64,000 nucleotides of DNA from Eledone cirrhosa (GCA_964016885.1 OZ024762.1:6696001-6760000); one strand, 5' to 3'; positions 1 through 11,842 are shown, numbered from the stretch's first letter. Notes: generated by a model from the letters alone, not told the origin. Made by a program: numbers and translations.

Positions 1-138
1 TTATGGTGGTAGTGGTGGTGGTGGTGGTGGTGGTGGTGGTATTGGTGGTGGTGATGGTAGTGGTGGTGGTGGTGGGGGAAATGAAGAATCTTTAACCCTT
101 TCAGCATATTTATCTGTTGAAATTAATATTTACTTTGT

Positions 139-423
139 TGGCCTAATGGTTAGGATGTTTTACATAGGACAGTAATGTTGTTGGTTTGATTCCCAGACAG
201 GCTGCTGCATTGTGTTGTTGAGCAAAACACTTTATTTCACGTTGCTCCAGTACACCCAGCTGAGAGTGAGTACCAGCAGTAGCTGGGGAGTTAATTCTGT
301 GATAGAGTGGCATCCTTGCCAGGGAGAGACTTGTACTCTCAGCTGCTTAGCACCAAGGAAACTAGGAATTAGTGCAGGCCTGATGAGGCTTTGGCTAAGA
401 ACAGACTTTAACTAACTTAACTT
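139..423 (+). mobile_element. Old tRNA-headed SINE, Meta-domain-like
   Basis: A-box-like ggcctaatggttagg, B-box-like ggtttgattccc, ttgagcaaaacacttt core, and 3' part ...ggcctgatgaggctttggctaagaacagactttaac resembling MetaSINE tails; similar 3' pieces recur at ~39230-39460. Confidence 0.6.
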
Positions 424-471
424 TTAAATGAAGAGCTTGGTAAGATTAATTAAAATAATAAACTAATAAAT

Positions 472-843
472 ATGGTAGTGAGACATGGGCGGCAACTGCA
501 GAGGATATGCGACGGCTGGAGAGAAATGAAGCAAATATGCTCCGTTGGATGTGCAATGTCAATGTGCGTGAACGACCAAGCATGGACAAGTTGAGAAAGA
601 AACTGGGTATAAGAGGGATAAGTTGTGGTGTGCAGGAGAGAAGGCTGAGATGGTATGGACATGTGATGCGCATGGAGGATAACCACTGGGTGAAGAAGTG
701 CCAAGAAATCCCAGTAGAAGGAAGACGAGGAGATGATGAAGGACTGTGGCAAGTGGAGAGATGCTGTGCTGAATAGGACCCGTCCAACCCTTGCAAGTAG
801 GGAAAAGCAGACGTAGAATGATGATGATGATGATGATGATGAT
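472..843 (+). mobile_element. RTE-clade LINE 3' fragment with internal deletions
   Basis: ORF ERNEANMLRWMCNV...RRLRWYGHVMRMED; near-identical to the 3' part of the 6197-7003 copy; ends in (GAT)n tail. Confidence 0.9.
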
Positions 844-1159
844 ATATTATAAATAGTGTTTGGAAGATAAATTAACAAAATAGGATTTTTAGATAATATG
901 ACACTACTGTAGCATGACCACAACCCAGCACCTGGAAGAGGTAAAAGAGTAATATTATGATGGCTGGTTTTATTTTGAATAACAAGTTAAAACAGATTTG
1001 GATGTTAGAAAGGAGATGTGGTGGTCTTAAGTGGATTGGTAACATAAGTGTTAAAAATCAATGGAGGAAGATTGAGCAGGAACAGATGAGAGTTTGGAAG
1101 ATGAAAGGAAGTAGCAGGTGTTTAGAGAGAAGGACCATTTATATATGTGTGTGTGTGTG

Positions 1160-1453
1160 TGGAGAGACAGAGAGAGACAGCGAGTGTGTGAGGAGACAGG
1201 GTGTATGTGAGGAGACAGGGTGTGTGAGGGAGACAGGGTGTGTGAGGGAGACAGAGGGAGACAGCGAGTATGTGAGGAGACAGGGTGTGTGAGGGAGACA
1301 GCGAGTGTGTGAGGGAGACAGGGTGTGTGAGGGAGACAGCGAGTGTGTGAGGGAGACAGGGTGTGTGAGGGAGACAGGGTGTGTGAGGGAGACAGCGAGT
1401 GTGTGAGGGAGACAGGGTGTGTGTGAGGGAGACAGGGTGTGTGTGAGGGAGAC
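1160..1453. repeat. ~18-22 bp minisatellite (gtgtgagggagacagg)
   Basis: Direct tandem copies visible. Confidence 0.9.
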
Positions 1454-1784
1454 GTAGCTTCAGTTCACTCAGCTGGACAAAAAGGAGTAGTGCCTGTAAT
1501 TCCCACTGCATGGTGCTGAATCTCCCTGAGACCTACTTCGTTGAGGATGTATGTGTCTGTGGAATGCTCAGACATTTGCCTGTTAATTTCATGAGGAGGC
1601 TGTTCTGTTGATCAAACAACCGGGACACTCATTGCTGGAAGCAACAGAGGTCCAACACATACACATATCATCATCATCAACATTTAATGCCCACTCTTCC
1701 ATGTTGACATACATTAGACATATATATATATATATATACACAATGATATTAAATAAATGGAAACTATATTTATAAAACGATATT

Positions 1785-1847
1785 TATTTTATTATATATA
1801 TTTCAAGGGTACCAAGACACATTGGTACGCTTTCCTCAGATAAAATA
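1785..1847 (-). ncRNA. Antisense copy of the same hammerhead (left arm of the palindrome)
   Basis: Reverse complement of 1987-2049. Confidence 0.75.
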
Positions 1848-1986
1848 CAAAGTTTGTTTTATAAATAGAGACATACCCATGAAAATCATACCTTATCGGT
1901 TGGATATTCTCTGGATAGTCCAAAGAATATCCAACCGATAAGGTATGATTTTCATGGGTATGTCTCTATTTATAAAACAAACTTTG

Positions 1987-2049
1987 TATTTTATCTGAGG
2001 AAAGCGTACCAATGTGTCTTGGTACCCTTGAAATATATATAATAAAATA
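1987..2049 (+). ncRNA. Minimal type I hammerhead ribozyme (intact core)
   Basis: tattttat-CTGAGGA-aagcgtaccaa/tgtgtc/ttggtaccctt-GAAA-tatata-TA-ataaaata: 8-bp stem I, 11-position stem II with 1 mismatch, palindromic stem III. Confidence 0.8.
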
Positions 2050-2185
2050 AATATGGTTTTATAAATATAGTTTCCATTTATTTAATATCATTGAATATTT
2101 ACTCCACTAACTTGTTGAGTGCTCTAAATCAGTTATATACATTTATATTCGTCGGACTTCCAACAAATTAAATACCCCTTCTACT

Positions 2186-2242
<57 letters not shown>

Positions 2243-2929
2243 TTGAACAATGAAATAAATAAGACAAGGTTTAATAGTTTTATATATACACACACTTATA
2301 TACACATCAGTAAAGAGTAATTTATCATGAAATGTAGAGACAAGCACATTTATTATAACAATATTTACTACTAGATTTACTACAAACATCATTGAATTGA
2401 ATGGAATTAAAGAGGTAGAGATTTAAATCTAGAAGTTTCTCAAAGACCTGATAAGAAAAGACAGTCTTATCACTGTTGTGATGTTTTCATGCTTATGTGG
2501 ATTAGACAAGGCTTTTTTCTCAATCTTAAAACATGGAGTTATGGCAGTTCTGTCTACTGAATGATGTGTTGTTGTTGTAAGCCTGGAATTATGGTAATTC
2601 TGTTTACTGAATGATGTGGTATTGTTTCTTGTTTAAAGAGTCTGATGAACATATTGATACTGGAGTCAGGTTTATTACACAAATGTGAACCTCCAGTCAA
2701 TCATCTGTGAAACTGGTCAATAATCAATAAACACATGTGAAACTTTGACATGTTTATCTTAATATTATGCACTTCTACTTGTTTTTTTTTATAAAACAAA
2801 CTTGGTTGAGATCTTCTGGCATAATTTTCAAGCAATGTCTTTCAGAAATATGGTAATGAAAAAGTTAAAGCGTTTGCATTCATCTAAAAATCCTCCATAA
2901 AAATTTTATGTAAGAACCTATTTAAAGGG

Positions 2930-3400
2930 AACCATACACTGAACGCCTTGCTTCCCTGGGCATGGATACATTGAAGTTCAGACGCCTGGCAACTAACTTG
3001 GTAAACACCCAAAAAATTATTAACCATCTTGCCAACATCAACCCTGAGCACCTTTTTGATCTCCATGTGTCTAACACACGTGGGCATGCCTACAAAGTCA
3101 GGAAACACAGCACAGCTCCCATGACTTTCAGAAACATTTCTTCACACTCAGAGTAGCTGAAGCATGGAACAAACTACCTGCCTCAGTTGTTAGCTGCTGA
3201 GACACAGCATCCTTTAAAGCCTTCATGCTTCCTAAAATTTGCCAACACTACACCTGATATCCCCACACACGCACACATGTATATCATGACTTATACACTG
3301 TTCATTTTCCTGACATTTGTATATTATTCTATGTACTATACATGCACCTTTGATGAGTTGTAGTGCACCTGAATACTGTACACAATAATTTCATTATCAT
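2930..3400 (+). mobile_element. CR1/L2-group LINE 3' end (degenerate ORF2 C-terminus and 3' UTR)
   Basis: YTERLASLGMDTLKFRR...NTRGHAYK, then frameshifted FFTLRVAEAWNKLP motif. Confidence 0.8.
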
Positions 3401-3414
3401 TCAATGGAAGTTTG

Positions 3415-3580
3415 AATAAATTGACCCCAGTACATTACTGGCACTTTAATTTATCGACCCAGTAAGGATGAAAGGCAAAGCTAACTCAGTAAGATTTGAA
3501 CTTAGAATGTAAAAGGCCATAACTATATGTTGCAAAGCATGTTATTCGATGCCCTACCAACACTTCCAATCAACTAACGC
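3415..3580 (-). mobile_element. Deu/Nin-domain-like SINE, diverged
   Basis: Reverse-complement similarity to 5300-5488. Confidence 0.75.
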
Positions 3581-3956
3581 CTACAAACATCAACTTAATG
3601 GGAAAGTTAGTTACTAATTATTTTCAAAATGATTTGAAAATTATTCGTTAGCATATTTCAATAGAAATATGCTAACAGTAATGTAAAAAATTAACAAAGT
3701 AGAAACAATCACACCCATTATCTGTTAAAATGAAAGTGGGGTGGGTGGGGAATTTATGAGGTAGTTTACTTCACCCCAAGGTATAAATAATCTCGACCTT
3801 TTTGACCTCTACAGGCGAGAAATTGCTGGGTTAGATTTTATCGTTATTATTTTTTTGTTTTTTCTTGTGGTTGTTTTCTCTATTTTGTATTTGTTTTGCT
3901 TTATTTTTGGATTTTTGGATATTTTTTCTTTTTTTTTCTCTCTTGTTCTCTTTCAG

Positions 3957-4039
3957 GTTGCAAAACGATATGTGGAAGAATTGCCAAGTTAAAGAAAACT
4001 TGGTTATTTTGGTTCAATGATTTACCTGTATTCTTCTGA
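3957..4039 (+). other. Possible terminal exon after a strong splice acceptor
   Basis: Long T-rich tract ending tctcttgttctctttcag; all three frames stop within ~85 nt (e.g. VAKRYVEELPS*). Confidence 0.3.
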
Positions 4040-4169
4040 AATGAAATGAGAACAACCAACCGACAGAGTCATTATATCATCACAAAGCTAACCACCTTTT
4101 ATAGCCCAACTAATTAGCCACCCTCTGGCCCTCCCTCCATACAACCATCCTTCCACTATTATCAAAACA

Positions 4170-4400
4170 TCATTACCATATTTCTAATGAAAGACACTGC
4201 CTATGTTTAACCCTTTCATTACCATATTTCTAATGAAAGACACTGCCTATGTTTGTCACATTCCTTACCATATTACTAATGAAAGACACTGTCTATGTTT
4301 AACCCTTTCATTACCATATTTCTAATGAAAGACACTGCCTATGTTTAACCCTTTCATTACCATATTTCTAATGAAAGACACTGCTTATGTTTGACACATT
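4170..4400. repeat. ~46-bp tandem copies of a ttaaccctttcattaccatatttctaatgaaagacactg unit (MITE-end-like)
   Basis: About 5 direct copies; related units recur at 27455-28200. Confidence 0.75.
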
Positions 4401-4564
4401 CCTTAGCTCTAATTAAAGACTCTGCTATTATTTTCAAATAACTTTGAAAATAATAAAGTTTGTACTCTATGTGTATAAGCACTTCCAGCTGATGATTCAT
4501 ACGTAATAAAGTATATAAGCTATAGCTTATACTTTTCTCCATACTGAGTTAGTAAACATTACTG

Positions 4565-4885
4565 GTCTTCCTTTTCTTTCTTTGCCCACTTATTCCTGGG
4601 AGGGTCGTGGTGCTGAGTCCTCAAGCACTTCTTCCAGCAGGTCCTGTCAGAGCAAGCATCTCCAATTGATCCGGTGAGACCATGGATGTTATCCAACTTT
4701 TTTGCTCAGGATCTACCCCAGGGTCTCTTGCCAGTTGATTTTGCCCACAAAATCTGTCAAGTGATTCCTTCCTGGGAGATTCTGACCACATGTCTATAGT
4801 ACCAGAGCTGTTAGCTCTTAAATCAGAGACATAACAGCTTTACCTGAAGTGACTCCTTGATCTCCAAGCTATGCATTACTGATAA
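4565..4885 (-). mobile_element. Second RTE-like LINE family, 3' fragment
   Basis: Similar to 12170-12700. Confidence 0.65.
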
Positions 4886-5129
4886 CCCTTAAAATTCCCC
4901 AAACACATGTCTTTGACATTCTCACATTGCTACTGAGATAGCTTAAAATATTCATAGAAGACTATTGTCTTGCTATAATCTATTTTAACAAAAAAAATCT
5001 CATGCTCTGAGTAACTAGTGCCATACAGAGCTACCATTAGGACTATTTGAATAGCTGAACTTGATGAGGTTTTGTCCATTTATGAAGTATACACACTTGA
5101 CAAGAACAATGTTTTAAAACACACAACCT

Positions 5130-5290
5130 TTAACCCTTTAGCATTCACATTACTCTATATATACCATTATATTTTCATGGTAAAGGCTTTATCTCACATA
5201 ATTATCTCACATAATATTGATCTATGAGATTTTGAAAGTATTTATTTTGAGAACAATACCTTAACATCAGTTTGAGCAACCAGTTACAGC
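5130..5290. mobile_element. Partial TTAA/piggyBac-type MITE
   Basis: Starts ttaaccctttagcattc; reverse-complement match to the right part of 28692-28920. Confidence 0.75.
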
Positions 5291-5299
5291 CAATATATA

Positions 5300-5488
5300 G
5301 GGCGGTGGATTGGCAGTATCGGTAGAGGGTCGGACGCCATGTTTTCCAGCATAGTTACGTCCCTTAACGATCTGAGTTCAAATCCCGCCGAGGTTGACTT
5401 TGCCTTTCATCCTTACGGGGTCGATAAAATAAAGTACCAGTAATGTACTGGGTAATTGCTGGCCTTGTGCCAAAAAGTAGAAACAATT
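5300..5488 (+). mobile_element. tRNA-derived SINE with Deu/Nin-like domain
   Basis: B-box gagttcaaatcc; gccgaggttgactttgcctttcatccttacggggtcgataaaataaagtaccag; more than 10 copies in the window. Confidence 0.85.
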
Positions 5489-5613
5489 ATTTCTTCACAA
5501 GTACATTTTAAACTTATAGCCTCGTTTAAATGATTTTTTATGTGGTTAATTTACACTGAGTGGGAGAGGAAATACTGTATATATTTTATCTAATGGTTCT
5601 TCAGACCTGCAAT

Positions 5614-5698
<85 letters not shown>

Positions 5699-5701
<3 letters not shown>

Positions 5702-5841
5702 TCGTTTCTGAATTTGTTTAGCAAGATTCTTTATCTGAAAACGTGTGTTGAAACCGATATTGTTAAACTTTGGGAGGGTCATGTTGCCAATAAGAAACAC
5801 ACGCACCAGTTGCTTTCACTTCAATTTATTATAATAAATTT
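5699..5841 (+). mobile_element. Short (TA)n-associated interspersed repeat
   Basis: Near-identical copies at 16051-16161 (+) and ~58070-58211 (-), each abutting a TA microsatellite. Confidence 0.8.
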
Positions 5842-5859
5842 ATAAATTTAGGAATTTAT

Positions 5860-6199
5860 AAATTTCTGGTTGGTTGGTTGGTTCCCCAACCAGATAGTTG
5901 TTTATATATTGTCAAAGTTCTTTCGTCACACATTCTGTGACCACTTCAGTGACTGGGGATTCTTTTCTTTGTTTTTGTGCCTCTCCTTTGTTCTGTCTTA
6001 CGCCATTTTGTTTCTGTGTGTGTGTTGTGTGCTCAGTCTGCGCATGCGCCACATCCGGGTGTCTGTGTGTGTTTATATTCGTTTATATTCGGTAACATGT
6101 AAATAAACAAATAAATAAACGAATATAAACACACACAGACACCCGGATGTGGCGCATGCGCAGACTGAGCACACAACACACACACAGAAACAAAATGGC
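5860..6199 (-). mobile_element. Foldback element: 85-bp inverted arms (6002-6086 / 6115-6199) plus tail with a variant hammerhead (5911-5953)
   Basis: Minus strand gtca-CTGAAGTG-gtcaca/gaatg/tgtgac-GAAA-gaac-TT-tgac. Confidence 0.65.
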
Positions 6200-7003
6200 A
6201 TAAATTCCATAAAATGTGCACAATGCAGATCTTGGGTACACAAGAGATGTAGTGGGATAGCAGACAAACTAACAGGTAGGGAAAACAACATATGCACTAG
6301 ATGTAGGGGGAAAGTTGGCAGTAATAATCACAGTGATAGACACATTTTTCCAATGCAGGTGGGTTCTATAGAAGTAGTTGATAGCTTCTGGTACCTAGGT
6401 GATCAGATTAGCATGGGAGGAGGAGGGGGGGGGGTTCCGAGGCCGTAGTATCTAGAATAAGGATGGGTTGGAAGAAATTTAGGGAGCTGCTTCCTCTGTT
6501 GACAAAGAAGGGTTTCTTCCTGCGTACGAAAGGACGGTTATATGATGCCTGTGTGAGATGCGTGATGCTGCATGGTAGTGAGACATGGGCAGCAACTGCA
6601 GAGGATATGCAACGGCTGGAGAGAAATGAAGCAAATATGCTCCGTTGGATGTGCAATGTCAATGTGCGTGAAGGACCAAGCATGGACGAGTTGAGAAAGA
6701 AACTGGGTATAAGAGGGATAAGTTGTGGTGTGCAGGAGAGAAGGCTGAGATGGTATGGACATGTGATGCGCATGGAGGATGACTGGTGGGTAAAGAAGTG
6801 CCAAGAAATCCCAGTAGAAGGAAGATGCAGTAGAGGTAGACCACGAAAAACATGGGCAGAGGTGGTGAGAGCAGACCTCAGATCGCTGAAACTCACAGAG
6901 GAGATGACGAAGGACCGTGACAAGTGGAGAGATGCTGTGCTGAATAGGACCCGTCCAACCCTTGCAAGCAGGGAAAAGCGGACGTAAAATGATGATGATG
7001 ATG
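6197..7003 (+). mobile_element. 5'-truncated RTE-clade LINE (ORF2 C-terminus, frameshift near 6420-6435)
   Basis: NSIKCAQCRSWVHKRCSGI, VVDSFWYLGD, WKKFRELLPLLT, LHGSETW, LRWYGHV, GRPRKTW motifs; (GAT)n tail. Confidence 0.92.
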
Positions 7004-7346
7004 ATATATATATATATGTATATACACACACACACACACATATATATATAAATATATACATGCATACATATATACACACATACATATATATTTACTGTAT
7101 ATCTCACTATAATAAAACTCAATCATTACATGACAACCACTTAGGGAAACCAAGGAAATGGTGCAAACATAAACACAAAAACAGACAAACAAAAGAGGCC
7201 TTTAGAGAGTTTTACTTGTTTATGTCAACATTAGGATGAACTTCAATAGGTATCACACATGATGTTTGTTTTTGACATGAACATATATTTATATAGAAAT
7301 ATATATATATATATAGAGGGAGATATTTACAGACATATTTATGTAT

Positions 7347-7384
<38 letters not shown>

Positions 7385-7483
7385 ATACATAAATATATAC
7401 ATACATATATATATATACATACATACATATATATATATATATATGAAGCTGAAGCATATAGACAATAAGCCCCCACACCCTCC

Positions 7484-7750
7484 CACTGCAAGGTGGTCGT
7501 GGAGGTGCCACGGCAAAAAAGCACCCAGCCCACACTGTAAAGTGGACGTGTAGGCGCCACGGAAAAAGTAAGTACCCAGCACTCACTGTAAATGAGGTTG
7601 GTGTTAGGAAGGGCATCCAGCTGTAGAAATAAAGCCAAAATCAGTTCCTGTATGAGCAAGGCATGGTCAGCCGACCAGACACTGCCCACAACAGGACAAC
7701 CCGTCTAACCCATGCTAACATGGAAGAACGGACGTAAAACGATGATGATG
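7484..7750 (+). mobile_element. SINE 3' half with long (type B) RTE-like tail
   Basis: Matches 30700-30903 and the body of 20798-21132. Confidence 0.85.
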
Positions 7751-7768
7751 ATATATATATATATAGTA

Positions 7769-7942
7769 ATAATAATAAATTTGAAGACTAAAATCCAAAG
7801 AGGGCTTGATAAGGATAAATATATATCAGATATATAAGAACCGTAGAGCAAATATTTATTAAAATAACAGATTAAAGTTTAAGCAAAGAATCGCTGCTTT
7901 CACCCTTCACGGGATTTGTTTAATCTGTCATTTTAATAAATA
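7769..7942 (-). mobile_element. (TA)n-associated repeat with a short terminal inversion
   Basis: Reverse complement of ~57700-57850; inverted ~24-nt arms at 7854-7877 / 7919-7942. Confidence 0.7.
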
Positions 7943-7994
7943 TATATATATACACACACACATACATATATATAAATGAATACATATATATATA

Positions 7995-8190
7995 TGGTTA
8001 AAAGAGTTCCATATATTTTATTATGCGCTTTTCGAATACAAAATCATCCTGGGACAAAAATTGCTATATCATGTTACCTTATTTTATCTGATGAGAACAC
8101 AATTTTTATCCCAGGATGATTTTGTATTCAAAATGCGCATAATAAAATATATGGAACTCTTTTAACCACCTTTTAATTTCTTCTTTAATA
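7995..8190 (+). mobile_element. Foldback insert (69-bp arms) with a hammerhead at 8080-8149 carrying a core G>A change
   Basis: tattttat-CTGATGA-gaacacaa...ttgtattc-AAAA-tgcgca-TA-ataaaata; the inverted arm retains GAAA. Confidence 0.75.
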
Positions 8191-8694
8191 CACACACACA
8201 CACGCACATACACACACACACACAAACCAACATTTATATATAAATACACATGGACAACTGTATTTAGATATACATACATATATTTATTCATGCATACATA
8301 TATATTTATAGAGATAAACATATTGTCACCCATCTATTTACCTATCAGTCTGTGTCAAGCTGTGTCTGTCCATCTACCTATATATCTAGTTGTCTGTCGC
8401 TTTGTCTCCTCATCTTTCTAGGTGTCTACATATCTATCTGTCTATGCAACTCGCTCTCTCTGTCTATCTATCTATCCACCTATCTCTCTATCTATCTACA
8501 TACCTTACTGTCTATCTATCTAATTACCTCTTTATCTAGATATTTACCTACATACCTACTTGTCTATTTAACTGCCTGACTCTGTATCTTGAGGTATCTA
8601 TGTATGTTTATAAATATGTATGTAATGCTGGTGCCACTACAAAAGCACCCAGTCCACCTTGTATGGTGGCAGTGTTGGAGTCAAAACAAATTTC

Positions 8695-10981
8695 TCAATA
8701 CACTATGTAAAGGAGTTGCTGTTAGGAAGGGCATCCAACCATAGAAACTAAGCTCCCAGTACATGCTGTAAAGTGGTTGGTGTTAGGAAGGGCATCCAGC
8801 CATAGAAACCAAGCTCCCAGTACATGCTGTAAAGTGGTTGGTGTTAGGAAGGGCATCCAGCCATAGAAACCAAGCTCTCAGTACATGCTGTAAAGTGGTT
8901 GGTGTTAGGAAGGGCATCCAGCCATAGAAACCAAGCTCCCAGTACATGCTGTAAAGTGGTTGGTGTTAGGAAGGGCATCCAGCCATAGAAACCAAGCTCC
9001 CAGTACATGCTGTAAAGTGGTTGGTGTTAGGAAGGGCATCCAGCCATAGAAACCAAGCTCTCAGTACATGCTGTAAAGTGGTTGGTGTTAGGAAGGGCAT
9101 CCAGCCATAGAAACCTAGCTCCCAGTACATGCTGTAAAGTGGTTGGTGTTAGGAAGGGCATCCAGCCATAGAAACCAAGCTCTCAGTACATGCTGTAAAG
9201 TGGTTGGTGTTAGGAAGGGCATCCAGCCATAGAAACCTAGCTCCCAGTACATGCTGTAAAGTGGTTGGTGTTAGGAAGGGCATCCAGCCATAGAAACCTA
9301 GCTCCCAGTACATGCTGTAAAGTGGTTGGTGTTAGGAAGGGCATCCAGCCGTAGAAACCTAGCTCCCAGTACATGCTGTAAAGTGGTTGGTGTTAGGAAG
9401 GGCATCCAGCCGTAGAAACCTAGCTCCCAGTACATGCTGTAAAGTGGTTGGTGTTAGGAAGGGCATCCAGCCGTAGAAACCAAGCTCCCAGTACATGCTG
9501 TAAAGTGGTTGGTGTTAGGAAGGGCATCCAGCCATAGAAACCAAGCTCCCAGTACATGCTGTAAAGTGGTTGGTGTTAGGAAGGGCATCCAGCCATAGAA
9601 ACCTAGCTCCCAGTACATGCTGTAAAGTGGTTGGTGTTAGGAAGGGCATCCAGCCGTAGAAACCAAGCTCCCAGTACATGCTGTAAAGTGGTTGGTGTTA
9701 GGAAGGGCATCCAGCCATAGAAACCTAGCTCCCAGTACATGCTGTAAAGTGGTTGGTGTTAGGAAGGGCATCCAGCCATAGAAACCTAGCTCCCAGTACA
9801 TGCTGTAAAGTGGTTGGTGTTAGGAAGGGCATCCAGCCGTAGAAACCTAGCTCCCAGTACATGCTGTAAAGTGGTTGGTGTTAGGAAGGGCATCCAGCCG
9901 TAGAAACCTAGCTCCCAGTACATGCTGTAAAGTGGTTGGTGTTAGGAAGGGCATCCAGCCGTAGAAACCTAGCTCCCAGTACATGCTGTAAAGTGGTTGG
10001 TGTTAGGAAGGGCATCCAGCCGTAGAAACCTAGCTCCCAGTACATGCTGTAAAGTGGTTGGTGTTAGGAAGGGCATCCAGCCGTAGAAACCTAGCTCCCA
10101 GTACATGCTGTAAAGTGGTTGGTGTTAGGAAGGGCATCCAGCCATAGAAACCTAGCTCCCAGTACATGCTGTAAAGTGGTTGGTGTTAGGAAGGGCATCC
10201 AGCCGTAGAAACCTAGCTCCCAGTACATGCTGTAAAGTGGTTGGTGTTAGGAAGGGCATCCAGCCATAGAAACCTAGCTCCCAGTACATGCTGTAAAGTG
10301 GTTGGTGTTAGGAAGGGCATCCAGCCATAGAAACCTAGCTCCCAGTACATGCTGTAAAGTGGTTGGTGTTAGGAAGGGCATCCAGCCGTAGAAACCTAGC
10401 TCCCAGTACATGCTGTAAAGTGGTTGGTGTTAGGAAGGGCATCCAGCCATAGAAACCTAGCTCCCAGTACATGCTGTAAAGTGGTTGGTGTTAGGAAGGG
10501 CATCCAGCCATAGAAACCTAGCTCCCAGTACATGCTGTAAAGTGGTTGGTGTTAGGAAGGGCATCCAGCCATAGAAACCTAGCTCCCAGTACATGCTGTA
10601 AAGTGGTTGGTGTTAGGAAGGGCATCCAGCCATAGAAACCTAGCTCCCAGTACATGCTGTAAAGTGGTTGGTGTTAGGAAGGGCATCCAGCCATAGAAAC
10701 CTAGCTCCCAGTACATGCTGTAAAGTGGTTGGTGTTAGGAAGGGCATCCAGCCATAGAAACCTAGCTCCCAGTACATGCTGTAAAGTGGTTGGTGTTAGG
10801 AAGGGCATCCAGCCGTAGAAACCTAGCTCCCAGTACATGCTGTAAAGTGGTTGGTGTTAGGAATGGCATCCAGCCGTAGAAACCTAGCTCCCAGTACATG
10901 CTGTAAAGTGGTTGGTGTTAGGAAGGGCATCCAGCCATAGAAACCTAGCTCCCAGTACATGCTGTAAAGTGGTTGGTGTTA
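8695..10981. repeat. 61-bp tandem repeat, ~37 copies, derived from a SINE internal segment
   Basis: Unit cccagtacatgctgtaaagtggttggtgttaggaagggcatccagccatagaaacctagct shares ggttggtgttaggaagggcatccagc with the SINE body. Confidence 0.95.
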
Positions 10982-11129
10982 GTGGTTCGAACTAGTTCGG
11001 ATCTAGCTGTCGAAACGGCCGGAGCTCAGCCGTAGGGGCCTGACTCTTTTCCTATTACCCATACTACTACCCTAAGTATTGAGTACTCTGGTGCGTAATG
11101 GTCCACCTGGTTTCTTACCACACTTTCTT

Positions 11130-11136
<7 letters not shown>
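10982..11136 (+). mobile_element. (TA)n-associated repeat with the 3' half of a hammerhead
   Basis: GAAA-cggcc-ggagctc-agccg-TA-gggg; related copies at 50545-50668 (-) and 57876-57995. Confidence 0.65.
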
Positions 11137-11186
<50 letters not shown>

Positions 11187-11319
11187 CATATATAATACAT
11201 ATCAAAAAATTTTGCACGTGTATATGTATGCATGTGTAAGTGAACAAATGTATATGCGTGTGGGTGTTCAAAAGAGTTGCTGACATCATTATCAAAGTAA
11301 CCAATCAGAAGAGAGATAG

Positions 11320-11358
<39 letters not shown>

Positions 11359-11778
11359 AATATATAGAAAGAGAGAGTGAGACTGTTGTCTGTTGTACAT
11401 CATCGCAAAGCAATAAATATATATTGCTATGTTGTGTCACTGTAGGGCAGGATGCCAGATCTTTGTGAAGATGAGGAGGCTGAAGAGAGGGAAGAAGAGG
11501 GGGAGGATGGAGAGGATGAAGAAAAGGAAGGGAACGAAGGGAGAAGAAGGAGGAGAGTGAGAAGATGAAGAAAGAGAGGGAAGGGAGAAGGAGAGGAAGA
11601 AGAATTATAAGATATGGACACAGCTAAGTAGAATTGACTAAATCTTTAGCTAGTTTGGCACAATGTGGTACAATCTACTCATGGAGATATGATATATATG
11701 TGGCTCTGTATACATGGAAAACACGGAAAATGATGATGATGAAGAATATACATACACACATACATTATATATATATAT

Positions 11779-11842
<64 letters not shown>

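Larger units (their letters stand above)
1741..2186 (+). mobile_element. Foldback insert in (TA)n: 175-bp inverted arms (1741-2093) plus ~93-bp unique tail; Penelope-like terminus
   Basis: Arms are reverse complements with 2 mismatches and a 3-nt loop (1916-1918); flanked by TA repeats; contains a hammerhead motif. Confidence 0.8.

Noticed and set aside
379-410. CTGATGAG as a hammerhead core
   Set aside because: No GAAA or stems; part of a SINE tail
8695-10981. CRISPR-like array
   Set aside because: Contiguous near-identical units with no unique spacers, no cas genes, eukaryotic context; the same applies to 34076 and 61228
11450-11610. Acidic E/G-rich peptide
   Set aside because: Low-complexity purine tract without convincing splice context
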